Positions 20,957 through 30,818 of a stretch of 64,000 nucleotides of DNA are shown in pieces; the stretch's first letter is position 1; every line of letters begins with the position of its first letter. The DNA comes from Candidatus Cloacimonadales bacterium (GTDB lineage Bacteria; Cloacimonadota; Cloacimonadia; Cloacimonadales; DAONDQ01), in NCBI GenBank assembly GCA_963662275.1, contig OY759316.1, forward strand, positions 224,001-288,000. Direction: 5' to 3'. The translations under genes and the position numbers were made by a program. Under the pieces are notes generated by a model, which worked only from the letters and a program-made list of their open reading frames with translations, did not search any database and was not told where the DNA came from.

Positions 20957-22817
20957 GAGACTGTTCAAAATTAACCTCCATTTTACGCAGCCTTATTGGT
21001 AGTGACAGAGAAAAAGTGGTCTAAGTGCGACCAATCCACATTTTCTTGACATATGCGGGAGATATTTAAACTTGCTAAAAGTGATTCCTGACGCATGATT
21101 GGTTGACCTTTATCGACCAGTTCTTTGAACCAAAGCGAAAACACAAGGTTGCGGGTGGTTTCTTCAGATTTTAGTCCAAATCTACCGGATGTCACCTTCT
21201 TGATTTTGCGGTTCCAGCGTTCAGAGACATTGGAAGTCAAACCTTTGCTGAGGTGTCTCCAATCACTAATGATATTGCTTTTGATGTATTCGGCGGCGGT
21301 TGGGGGAGTAATAGCTGTCAGGCTTGCGATACCCTTTTTCCTTCCGCCCGCCGTTTCTCTTCGGAAAGCTTTCATAATCCTCTTCTTAAAGAACTTGTCC
21401 CTGTCTTCAGGGAGATGACATTGACTGATTCTTTTGAAGAGATTTCGTATCTTATGGAACTTACAGAGTTGGTAATGGACTTTTGGAAACACTGTTTTTC
21501 TTGCAACTGCTAACGATTTACTGCCATCACTGACAATCAGGGTTGGATCTTTCCTGTAGAGCTGTCTGAAGGTTCTGAAACATGCTTCGAATGATTCTTT
21601 CTTTGTGTCAGGATACAACTCACAAAACAGAGGGATGTGAGTCACAAAATCAACAATACTGATGACATAGTACGGAATACCTTTGATCTTCACATATTTC
21701 TCATCAATGCTGATCTTTCCGCTCCACTTACCGATTGAGTTCAGAATCAGGCTCTGCAGGTCAGCGATTTCATGCCAGAGATTTGAGACTGTAGCTTTAC
21801 AGGTGTTGAGCAGCAAAGCTATCGTCTCGAAGTTCATACCGCTTCCAACCAGGTAATGTACCAGCAGACACAGGTTCTTGCGTTCCAGACTATGGAACGG
21901 CTTTGCATCGGCGGTTCTATGGGATGTATTGCCTTTAGCAGTCTTCATTTGTTCCAGGAGTCTGTCACAGATAACAGGTGTATTCTGCTGACCGGCAAGC
22001 AGTTTCAGCAGATGTACAGCATCACCGCCTACTGTCTTTTTCAGAAGAAGCTTCTGAGCTTGCTTAACTACAGACAGAGAATTGACCTGAGAAGCATATT
22101 TGCAGAAAGTGGTATAGGACATTTTAAAATCATGATGGCTGATGAACTCCTGATACATGACATTTAAAGGTAAAAGCAGGTTATTGATAACAAAATTCTC
22201 GATCTGAGGAATACACTCCAGCAGGTCAACTTTCCGGCTTAAATATGCCAGGATATCATGACCATGCTGCTCAAACTCTTGCCAGAAATTATGTACATTC
22301 CTGCGGTCTGCGTAGTTAAACAGATCAGCTATTTGCTGAAGTGTAAGGAGGTTGTCTCCGCCTATTCCTACTAATAAGCGTAGAAACGCTATTAAGAACT
22401 TGTGGTTTGATGTTGTCTCAGGCAAAGTGAATGAAAATGGTACGTTAATACTTACATGGTATTGGTTACTTTCATGACTAACACTTACCGCTTCTTGAAT
22501 TGGAGTGTTTTTTTGTCATAATATCCTCCCTTTTGTTACCAGGTAACAAATGCCATTGAAGCTATAGCAAAAAACTTGTAAAGAACTATTTTATATGATT
22601 TTAACTACACATTTAGTCAGAAACGGCTTCGAAACATTACTTATAATCGCGTGTTTTTCAATTTTAGTCAAAAAGCTTAACTTGTGATTTGGTGTCCTTA
22701 GCAGAGCTTATCTGTCAATTCTGGAAGGTATGTTAAATTATGACCGTTTCGACCACTTTTTTCAACTTGCTACTTTCTAACTTATTGAATATTATGAATA
22801 ACTTCATGAACAGTCTC
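20957..22817 (-). mobile_element. Insertion sequence, 1861 bp, DDE transposase (IS256/Mutator-like or IS6-related; family uncertain)
   Basis: 11-bp TIRs GAGACTGTTCA/TGAACAGTCTC and 8-bp TSD CCTTATAT (20949-20956, 22818-22825). The empty site is present in duplicate copy 2 at 44585-44592. Confidence 0.97.
20983..22519 (-). CDS. DDE transposase (RBS-preceded ATG at 22519 is one base out of frame with the main ORF 20983-22425)
   Basis: SIDEKY, IVSDG, QLCKFHKIRN (CxxH), TSNVSERWN. Confidence 0.85.
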
Positions 22818-22849
22818 CCTTATATGTCCTCATTCATCCTAACCATACT

Positions 22850-22913
22850 CGTGAATGGTTATTCATTACCATTAGTGTGGATTTTAAGCAAATGTTATAA
22901 ATAACATTTCACG
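22850..22913. repeat. REPIN-like inverted doublet
   Basis: CGTGAATGGTTATTCATTACCATT ... AAATGTTATAAATAACATTTCACG, immediately 3' of the gene ending at 22915. Confidence 0.7.
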
Positions 22914-22914
22914 A

Positions 22915-24456
22915 TCAATCCACCTTCACCATCTTACCATTTATCTTCCGATGATTGTCAACCACGACCTGGTACAAATACAATCCTGACGGTACTTTTT
23001 TGCCCGATACATCTTTCCCATCCCATACAAAATGCATATCAGCATCTAATTTATCAGGTGCACCCAACTTTCTTACCAGTTGCCCTTTCAAATTGTAAAT
23101 AGAAGTGACAGCATTCCTGCTATTCCCCTTTAAAACAATTTCTGTGCTTCCCCTGAATGGATTAGGATAAGAATTGGCAGAACTGATCACAGGTATTACT
23201 AAGGGATCTGAAGACTCTGTTACCCTTTCTATGGCATATATTTTGATATCATGGTCTATGATATAGTAAATATAGTTCCCACCAGAGCATACATAATACT
23301 GGTAATCTGGAATTGTTGTAAACAATGTATCAAAGGAAGCCTGGATCGTCTGATCCTGTAAGTCTATGCAGGCAAATTTACGGATATTGTCTGCTGGTAA
23401 AGAAACTCCCACAATGTATCTAGCGCTAACCTGGAAAAGCCTTTGAACATTCGGGTAATCCATGGGAACCAAAAAAGGGAAATTCGTGTCTGTATTAAAC
23501 TGATCATTGGCAAAATGATAGGTCTGATAGTATGGAGCAGTATCATATGTCTCTATGCAAATGAAGCGTTGATCGCCAAGGGGAATACTATCGTATTGTA
23601 TGGTAGGAGGTGGACCTAATTCAAAATCTGTACTTAAGCCAACTAATCTGATTTGATTATTGTTGTATTCCACAAAACCAAAAATACTGGTTCTCACTAA
23701 ACCGTCACTCCACCAGGCAGGATAAATCCCTCCACCTATATTTGGCTGTGTGTTATTAATAATGTAAAAAGCATTCTGAATGTTATTGATGGGAGAAGTG
23801 ATATTTCCATCAATGTCAATAACGCGATAAAAGTCATTGTTGTAGGAAACATAGATTAATAGATATTCATCTCCTAATAATGCCATTTTCATATTATCAG
23901 GGGATGTAAATGCTAAAGCGATTGATTGGTTGTCATTGATCAAATTCAAAGCATAGAGGTTGTTATCTGTCGAACTAACGTAGTAAACAGTATTGCCAAG
24001 TTGTTCTGCTTCTTCAGTCCAAACTTCAGTGTTGATACCATGATTCTCAAACACATGCACTGTAGGAATTGTGTTTAGTGCAACATCAGGAAGTTTAAAG
24101 ATGAAGATTTGCTCGAGATTCTTTAGATATATGTAAGTGAAATAATCTTTTTGTATACTTTTTAAGAACATTGGTTCTATTTCAAAGGTAGAGGGACTAT
24201 TGTAGGTGATCACGGGTTGAATTGCCGAGATAACGCCTTGAGGAGAACAAACAACCTTTCGAATAGAAATACTGGCGCTATCGACAATCGTATCATAGAA
24301 AACAAGACTTCCATCGGATTCCACATTGGCAAAAACCTGGCTGAAGCCGGATACACTGAAAGGGGTTCCAGCAACAGGATTGATTTGTGCGACCGTGATC
24401 CGGGCATATAACCCGGTTGTGCAGATAAGGATTAGGACAATCAGGAATTGTTTCAT
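22915..24456 (-). CDS. Secreted CTD-bearing protein of unknown function
   Basis: MKQFLIVLILICTTGLYA signal peptide after GGAGG; CTD SYPNPF...WDGKD...PSGLYLY. Confidence 0.8.
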   Translation of the reverse strand: MKQFLIVLILICTTGLYARITVAQINPVAGTPFSVSGFSQVFANVESDGSLVFYDTIVDSASISIRKVVCSPQGVISAIQPVITYNSPSTFEIEPMFLKSIQKDYFTYIYLKNLEQIFIFKLPDVALNTIPTVHVFENHGINTEVWTEEAEQLGNTVYYVSSTDNNLYALNLINDNQSIALAFTSPDNMKMALLGDEYLLIYVSYNNDFYRVIDIDGNITSPINNIQNAFYIINNTQPNIGGGIYPAWWSDGLVRTSIFGFVEYNNNQIRLVGLSTDFELGPPPTIQYDSIPLGDQRFICIETYDTAPYYQTYHFANDQFNTDTNFPFLVPMDYPNVQRLFQVSARYIVGVSLPADNIRKFACIDLQDQTIQASFDTLFTTIPDYQYYVCSGGNYIYYIIDHDIKIYAIERVTESSDPLVIPVISSANSYPNPFRGSTEIVLKGNSRNAVTSIYNLKGQLVRKLGAPDKLDADMHFVWDGKDVSGKKVPSGLYLYQVVVDNHRKINGKMVKVD

Positions 24457-24593
24457 GCTAAACCTCCCTTGGCTGTACATGACTTAACGATAAGGGATGC
24501 ATTAATTATTCCATTTCAAAGAGAGTTATCTTTATAATAATATAAACAGCAAATATTATTACATAGTCAAGCTATAAGATTTTCTCCTGATAA

Positions 24594-24620
24594 AGAGACA
24601 CCCAAGTTGGGTGTCTCTAC
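24594..24620 (-). repeat. GTAG-type REP palindrome
   Basis: Minus strand reads GTAG-AGACACCCAA-C-TTGGGTGTCT-CT; duplicate at 46361-46387. Confidence 0.7.
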
Positions 24621-24698
24621 AGTGAGATTTCAGGTACTTGACAAAATTGATGTCTAAATTCTGCTGGTTCATAGAAAAACATATTTAGAGAGGTTGAT

Positions 24699-26471
24699 AT
24701 GAACATGCGCTGGAGTCTTGATTCACTCTATACATCTTTTGATTCGGAAGCATTCCAGAATGATCTGACGAAAGTTGATAAAGTCATTGCTGACATGCAG
24801 AATTTTGTAAAAGAACATATTGAGCAGCAATCTGAACTGAACCCTACTGTGATACTCGACGAATACGTCCAGAAGATGAATTCAATGTCTGATTTCAGCA
24901 GAAGGCTGATGGGTTTTGCTTCTCTTTCTTCATCGGTTGATACAAAAAATACTGATGCTCAGAAATACCAGGAAATGCTAAGCAAGAAGTTTGTGGAACT
25001 GACTGAGTCAGAAGTACGTTTTGAGAAATGGCTTTGCGAATTGAAAGATTTGGGGGCTGTCATAGCAGCTTCTCCACTGCTGGAAGAGCATCGATATCAC
25101 TTGGAAAGAACTGTCAAATTGCACACTTACATGCTCAGTGAAAAAGAAGAAGTGATGGCTTCAAAACTGAAAAACACTGGTTCAACTGCGTGGACTCATC
25201 TTCAGAATGTTATGTCATCTACTTTGCTTGTGGAACTGGAATTGAATGGTAAAACACAGTCATACCCACTTCCTGTAATCCGCAATATGGCATATGACAG
25301 TAATCCTGAAACACGGAGAAAAGCTTATGAAGCTGAATTGAAGGCTTATGAGAAGATTGAGGAAGTTTCTGCTTCCTGCTTGAATGCTATTAAAGGTGAA
25401 GTCTTGACGATGAGCAAGATACGCGGGTATTCTTCTCCTCTCGAAAAAGGCTTACTCGATTCAGATATGGATAAGGAAACCTTGGATGCTATGCTGGCAG
25501 CGATGAAGGAAAGCCTTCCCTGGTTCAGGAAGTATCTCCTGAAAAAGGCAGAAATTCTAGGTCATAAAGAAGGTCTACCATTCTATGATCTATTTGCTCC
25601 GATGGGTTCTATTGAAAAAAAATATACTTATGAGGAAGCCAGGGATTATGTCGTGGAGAATTTCCGTTCCTTCAATCCAGAACTGGCTGAGTTTGCTGAC
25701 AAAGCATTCGAAGAGCAGTGGATCGATGCTGAACCACGTCAAGGTAAGCGGGGAGGGGCTTTTTGCTCTGGACTGCATGGTTTGAAAGAATGTCGTATCC
25801 TGACTAACTTCAACGGTAACTTCAACGATGTGACCACGTTGGCTCATGAATTGGGGCATGGATACCACGGTAAGTGCCTGTATAATGAAACCAGTTCAAA
25901 TAGCGGTTATCCTATGCCTTTGGCTGAAACTGCATCCACATTCTGTGAAACCATTGTTTTCCAGGCTGCTTTAAAAAAAGCAACTCCTGATGAAGCATTC
26001 ACCTTACTGGAAACAAGTATCTCAGATGCAACTCAGATCATCGTTGATATCTACAGCCGTTACTTATTTGAAAGCAAGTTGTTCGAAATGCGTGAATCCA
26101 GTTCTCTTCCAGTAGCTGACTTAAAAAAGATTATGTTGGAAGCACAGGAAGAAGCATACGGTGAAGGTTTACATAAAGATCTCAGGCATCCTTATATGTG
26201 GCTCAATAAACCACACTACTATTATGCCGGCAGTAACTTCTACAATTATCCCTATGCCTTCGGTCAACTCTTTGCCATAGGCTTATATGCTGAATATCTG
26301 AGGCGGGGAATGGAATTTGTTCCTGCGTATGATGCGTTATTAAGAGCAACCGGTAAGAATGGAATAACGGATGTGGCAAAATCAGTTGGTATCAATGTGA
26401 ATAGCATTGATTTCTGGAGAAGTTCACTGGATGTCATGAAAAAGGATATTGAGCATTTCCTGAGTTTGTAA
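24699..26471 (+). CDS. pepF: M3B oligoendopeptidase F family peptidase
   Basis: WSLDSLY, GKRGGAFC, TLAHELGHGYH (HEXXH), LAETAS, FYNYPYAFG. Confidence 0.9.
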   Translation: MNMRWSLDSLYTSFDSEAFQNDLTKVDKVIADMQNFVKEHIEQQSELNPTVILDEYVQKMNSMSDFSRRLMGFASLSSSVDTKNTDAQKYQEMLSKKFVELTESEVRFEKWLCELKDLGAVIAASPLLEEHRYHLERTVKLHTYMLSEKEEVMASKLKNTGSTAWTHLQNVMSSTLLVELELNGKTQSYPLPVIRNMAYDSNPETRRKAYEAELKAYEKIEEVSASCLNAIKGEVLTMSKIRGYSSPLEKGLLDSDMDKETLDAMLAAMKESLPWFRKYLLKKAEILGHKEGLPFYDLFAPMGSIEKKYTYEEARDYVVENFRSFNPELAEFADKAFEEQWIDAEPRQGKRGGAFCSGLHGLKECRILTNFNGNFNDVTTLAHELGHGYHGKCLYNETSSNSGYPMPLAETASTFCETIVFQAALKKATPDEAFTLLETSISDATQIIVDIYSRYLFESKLFEMRESSSLPVADLKKIMLEAQEEAYGEGLHKDLRHPYMWLNKPHYYYAGSNFYNYPYAFGQLFAIGLYAEYLRRGMEFVPAYDALLRATGKNGITDVAKSVGINVNSIDFWRSSLDVMKKDIEHFLSL

Positions 26472-26508
26472 AGTAATGATCAGTAGATTATAAAACAGGG
26501 AGAAACAT

Positions 26509-26961
26509 ATGAAAAGAATCATCTTGATTACCCTTATAGTTGCTCTATTCACGACTTCTTTCTTATTTGCACAAACTCAACAGCAGAAAATGGACAAACG
26601 TGTGAAAATACTCATTGTACTACTCGATGGCAAACCATCCTGGTTCAAGCAGTCGATCATTGATTCTCTAAAAATCTATTACAGGGTCGATACGATTGAA
26701 GCTAAAACACCACAGGAAGTCAGAGCCTTTGAATATAAGGCTGTCATTATCATGGACCAGCTCAAAGCCTGGATGATGGGTAACGGGAAACTCAAGAGTT
26801 TCACGAAAGTTATGGATCCGAAGCATACGGTCTATTTCGTCACTTCAGGTGATAAAAAATGGAAATGGAAAAAACAGGGGATCACTGCCATTACATCAGC
26901 TTCCACACCTGCGAAGATACCGGAAATTGTGAAGAATTTACAATTGAAGATTGAACGATAG
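26509..26961 (+). CDS. Exported hypothetical protein
   Basis: GGGAG RBS, signal peptide, 150 aa; identical in copy 2. Confidence 0.75.
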   Translation: MKRIILITLIVALFTTSFLFAQTQQQKMDKRVKILIVLLDGKPSWFKQSIIDSLKIYYRVDTIEAKTPQEVRAFEYKAVIIMDQLKAWMMGNGKLKSFTKVMDPKHTVYFVTSGDKKWKWKKQGITAITSASTPAKIPEIVKNLQLKIER

Positions 26962-27121
26962 AAGAAGGAGCAAGAGACCAGAGGCTAGGGAAGAATTGAA
27001 AATACGAAGTGCGAAGTGGATAACCACCAGGAAATAAATCGACTTTCAAGTCTGTTCGCTTTTAATTTTAAATCTTTAATTTTTAATTCTCATATTTTCC
27101 CCGGAAAATATGAGATAGGTT

Positions 27122-27163
27122 TCATCTAGGCATTATCTAGGGATCATCTAGGGATCATCTAGA
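27122..27163 (+). repeat. Four 11-bp-period direct repeats (core ATCTAG)
   Basis: tcatctaggca/ttatctaggga/tcatctaggga/tcatctaga; duplicate at 48889-48930. Confidence 0.8.
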
Positions 27164-27366
27164 CTTTTTTAGTTTTTCTTAGGTTGATGCTTAGTTTTTT
27201 GTTATTTTCAAATTTCATGATCTTTCTTGACGTTTATATTGCCAATAGATAAACCAACCAAAACACATCACACTTAGGATCAGCACTATAATACCTCTAA
27301 ACTAAAGGAATATCTTATTCAAATGCAACGACATTACATTCTCTGCAACTGAAATACTGGCTTTTT

Positions 27367-29039
27367 TTATCCTTTCGTAAAGTACTCTCTTTTCAAGTAT
27401 TTTTCTGTATTTTCCACATAGTAGGATAGAACCCAGTCTTGTGGTTTTTCTGCTAAATATTTCGGTTCCAATTATCCGCTTTATTGCTCTTATCTTCTTC
27501 TGTGTATATCTTTACAGCTTCCCGGAAGCGATGATGTGAAAAGATTCTCATGAATTCTGTGAAATAGATATCAGCTACTGTAAGGTCATTCCGAATGATA
27601 AGCATATTCTCATCATTTCCATGCGTGCTTTCGTCACTCCAATTAGCTGAGCCAGATATAACAGTAGGTTTTGTTCCTAACGGGTCAACAAGCATAAACT
27701 TAGTATGGACCCAGGGAACACCACTTCCGAGAGAGAAACGTTCTTCCAGCCAACCATCAATTGTTTTCACTTTGATATAGTCTCCCACAGCCATACAGAT
27801 ATTGGGGAATTTACGGATTCTGTCTATTTCTGCCTTGGCTTCTTTACTATTTCTACCACAACTGGGATATTTATCGAGCATTGCAAAGCGTAAAACAGAA
27901 TCTTCATGATCAAACACTTTAGCAAAGCCATCTAAAATACCGAATGGGAAAGTCATGAAAAGAGCCTCTGTTGCACTTGAAGCAGTACTCTTGTACCATT
28001 CCAGAACCCTGTCTTCTGTTTTAGTTCCCTTATGCGGAGAAAAAATAACCGGTATTGAATCTGCCTTCTCTTCTAGTGGAAATACGTTATTGGTTTCCAC
28101 CCATTCCTGCATAACTTTATGTTCATCATCCTTCTTTAATTCCATCCAATAATTGAGATATTGCTGTGCAAGAACTGGGTCTTCCACGATGATACCGTTA
28201 TTCAACTGACCATATACTGCGTTTTCAGAAGCATTCATGGAGCCGGTCCAGGCGGCTATAGGTTTGCCCAGATGCGATAATACAACAAATTTGTTATGCA
28301 TGACTGGCGCATTTATTCTGGGAAAACAATAAGGGTCTAATTTTCCTTCATGGATAGCTTGTTTTGTTTTTTGGGTTCCTGAAGCATTTGGCTCAGCATC
28401 ATAAATGATTTCAACAGATACTTTACGAGCTACTGCTTCAGCAAACATCTGGAGTATTTTTGGCAAATTGAATTCATAAAATGCGCAGTGCAGACTATAA
28501 TCTTTATTTTCCGCGCGTTTGATAAAGCTCTCAAATCCATCCAGCAAACCTCTCTCTAACCACTGATAAGCAGCATCTCCAACTTTCGAAGGTTTTTCCC
28601 TGCCAAATTTCTTCGTATATGCCTGTGAGGCTATTGCTCCCATATTAAAGAACACAGATATTTTCTCTCCAAAGGGTTTTTCTGTGGAAATCTCGACTTC
28701 AGTTAATGATCCTTTTTGTAATTTCCCAGGTTCTCCGCGCATGGGATAGATTCGATAGATGTAAGTATATCCCGGTTTTGCTGTATAATCTGCCCATTGA
28801 AAACCTTGAATTGGTGCGACCAAGCTCGAATAATCCGTCACCGTTGAACCAGCATTGCATTTTTCAAATGTTTTATTACCACGTAACCAAACGACTTCTC
28901 CGGTTTCTTTGTCTTGCCGTTGGATAGCAAACCCCATGAGATCGTTTGTGTTCTCAACCTGCATGTTCAACCCCAAAAACACGACATGCGTTCCACTAAT
29001 TGCATAAACCGTGACTTCACCATTCTTTTTTACACGCAT
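27367..29039 (-). CDS. Phospholipase D-superfamily (HKD) protein with an apparent frameshift near the C-terminus (~27466)
   Basis: HNKFVVLS...TGSMN and HTKFMLVD...SGSANWS; ATG 29039 follows AGGAGG. The ORF stops at 27453, but the shifted frame continues (KYLAEKPQDW...EYFTKG*) to 27367. Confidence 0.8.
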
Positions 29040-29166
29040 AATATCCTCCTGATTTTGTTTACTTAAGTTTTCACCCAATATTTTCTTATCCATTCTAACG
29101 AAATACATGAAGAGTCCATATTGGGTTGAATCTATTACCCAATAATATATTATTTTGATTTCTCAG

Positions 29167-30330
29167 TTATAAAGCTAGAAGAATCAATATAGCTAAGGAT
29201 GCTCCTCCAATTACTTTAAGTGCAAGGCTTCTGTTATTTTGTTCTATCCCTTGAATTTGTTCAGGTGATGCTAGAACCAATGGAAGCTGGTAGAATTTGC
29301 TGCCTTCATTATTTTTGAAATCAAGAGGATTGGAACTTTGAGCATTATACGTTATTGGTAATGAGATATTAAAAGTATCAGCTTTCGCTGTATTATCTAT
29401 ATACATTTTGTATTTGGAATTAAATTTATATAATTTCGCTCTAGCTGGTGGTTTATTTTTATACAAAACTGGAAATACACTGGGGTCTTTATCAGTTATT
29501 AACATACTATTTGTACTATCGCCTTGTAATGCATTGTTAATTTGATATAATGATACTCCATTAGGGAGGATTTGCTGAGGCCAGTACGTAATACATGAAT
29601 CAGACTGAGTTTTATGAAATAGGTGTGATTCCATATCTTGATTAATATGGAAATCTTTTTCATCTGTTTTCTTTAGTTTAATGTATGATCCTTCTTGATA
29701 TGGTGTTTTAAATTCTAGTAGTAGTTGATTTTTATAGTTTATATTAAGAACTTGTGAAGAAGTAACTAAAATATTATTAGTATGTAAAAACTGCTCTACA
29801 GATAGCGTATCATTCAGGATATGAATATATCTTTCTTTCTTATAGATGTTATCGAGCTTGATTAAAAGCTCTGTTTTAGATGAATCAATTAGAGTTTTGC
29901 TGGATGAAATTTCATCTTTTCCAAGAATAAGTGAACCGTGAAAATCTGAACTATTGAGTCCGGAATATATAGCCATTATATTGGGGTTATTTTTAAAACG
30001 AAACATAGAATAATACTGACGATCAGTATAGAACTCAAAAGACACTACATCATCAATATCATGGTCTTTAGGCAATTTACCGAAATTATCTAGATAAATT
30101 ATTGCTTTAGCACTTTTTAAGCTTGAGCCAGGGTTTTTTGTATTTGGAAGTGATTTATATATAGACTCTCCGTCCTCAATATTTATCGGTATTTGAACAC
30201 AAATACGTAAATTTCTATTTACAGAATGCTCTTGTGAAAAAAGATAATTAGTAAAAATTACTAACAAAAAAAGGCATATGATAGTTAATTCTATCTTTTT
30301 GCTTTGCTTAAAAGATACAAATAGTTCCAT
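29167..30330 (-). CDS. Exported hypothetical protein with C-terminal hydrophobic anchor
   Basis: N-terminal hydrophobic stretch; ends ALKVIGGASLAILILLAL; overlaps the upstream gene. Confidence 0.65.
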   Translation of the reverse strand: MELFVSFKQSKKIELTIICLFLLVIFTNYLFSQEHSVNRNLRICVQIPINIEDGESIYKSLPNTKNPGSSLKSAKAIIYLDNFGKLPKDHDIDDVVSFEFYTDRQYYSMFRFKNNPNIMAIYSGLNSSDFHGSLILGKDEISSSKTLIDSSKTELLIKLDNIYKKERYIHILNDTLSVEQFLHTNNILVTSSQVLNINYKNQLLLEFKTPYQEGSYIKLKKTDEKDFHINQDMESHLFHKTQSDSCITYWPQQILPNGVSLYQINNALQGDSTNSMLITDKDPSVFPVLYKNKPPARAKLYKFNSKYKMYIDNTAKADTFNISLPITYNAQSSNPLDFKNNEGSKFYQLPLVLASPEQIQGIEQNNRSLALKVIGGASLAILILLAL

Positions 30331-30818
30331 TTTTTTAGTACCACCATTTCATTTTTTATGTCTCTTGAATGATAAGGGAAATCAATAGTAAGATAATGGT
30401 TATTCAGTTTTTGGTCGTAAATAAACTTCAGATTAATAATTATTGTCCCAATAGTATGAGGATTCTGTTGATACCAATTGATTTCCTTATCTGAAATACT
30501 ATAGAATTTTATATCATATATTTTTGTTGTATCAGGATGCTCGCTAAAAAGTTTTTCCTGGTAAACAGTCGAACGAATATTTTCTTTGATTAAGCAATCA
30601 TTGCATAGACGATCCCACTGGATCTTTGAGATAGTCACTGTTTTGGGTGCTTGACGAGGATTATTACCTGATTCTGAAAAAAAATCAGGTAAAAAGATCT
30701 TAAGCACAATAAATACAATACCTAATGTTATGCCCATAGCAGATAACATCATATACATATCTAAAGAAAAGAGATTAATATCATCTCCGCTAGATTCTAT
30801 ATCATGTCTTCGTTTCAT
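30291..30818 (-). CDS. ExbD/TolR/MotB-like single-TM protein (putative)
   Basis: MKRR...DDINLFSLDMYMML followed by a TM helix resembles the ExbD INxxxxxD motif. Overlaps the stop codon of the ExbB-like gene by 4 bp. Confidence 0.55.
   Translation of the reverse strand: MKRRHDIESSGDDINLFSLDMYMMLSAMGITLGIVFIVLKIFLPDFFSESGNNPRQAPKTVTISKIQWDRLCNDCLIKENIRSTVYQEKLFSEHPDTTKIYDIKFYSISDKEINWYQQNPHTIGTIIINLKFIYDQKLNNHYLTIDFPYHSRDIKNEMVVLKKWNYLYLLSKAKR

Larger units (their letters stand above)
12576..27230 (+). repeat. Segmental duplication, copy 1 (14655 bp including the IS)
   Basis: Matches 36265-48997. Offsets of 23689/23639/23636/21767 are explained by a 50-bp repeat unit, a 3-bp indel and the 1869-bp IS plus TSD. 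Confidence 0.97.

Noticed and set aside
24638..24670. Sigma70 promoter for pepF (TTGACA)
   Set aside because: A perfect -35 is present but there is no convincing -10 at 16-18 bp spacing.
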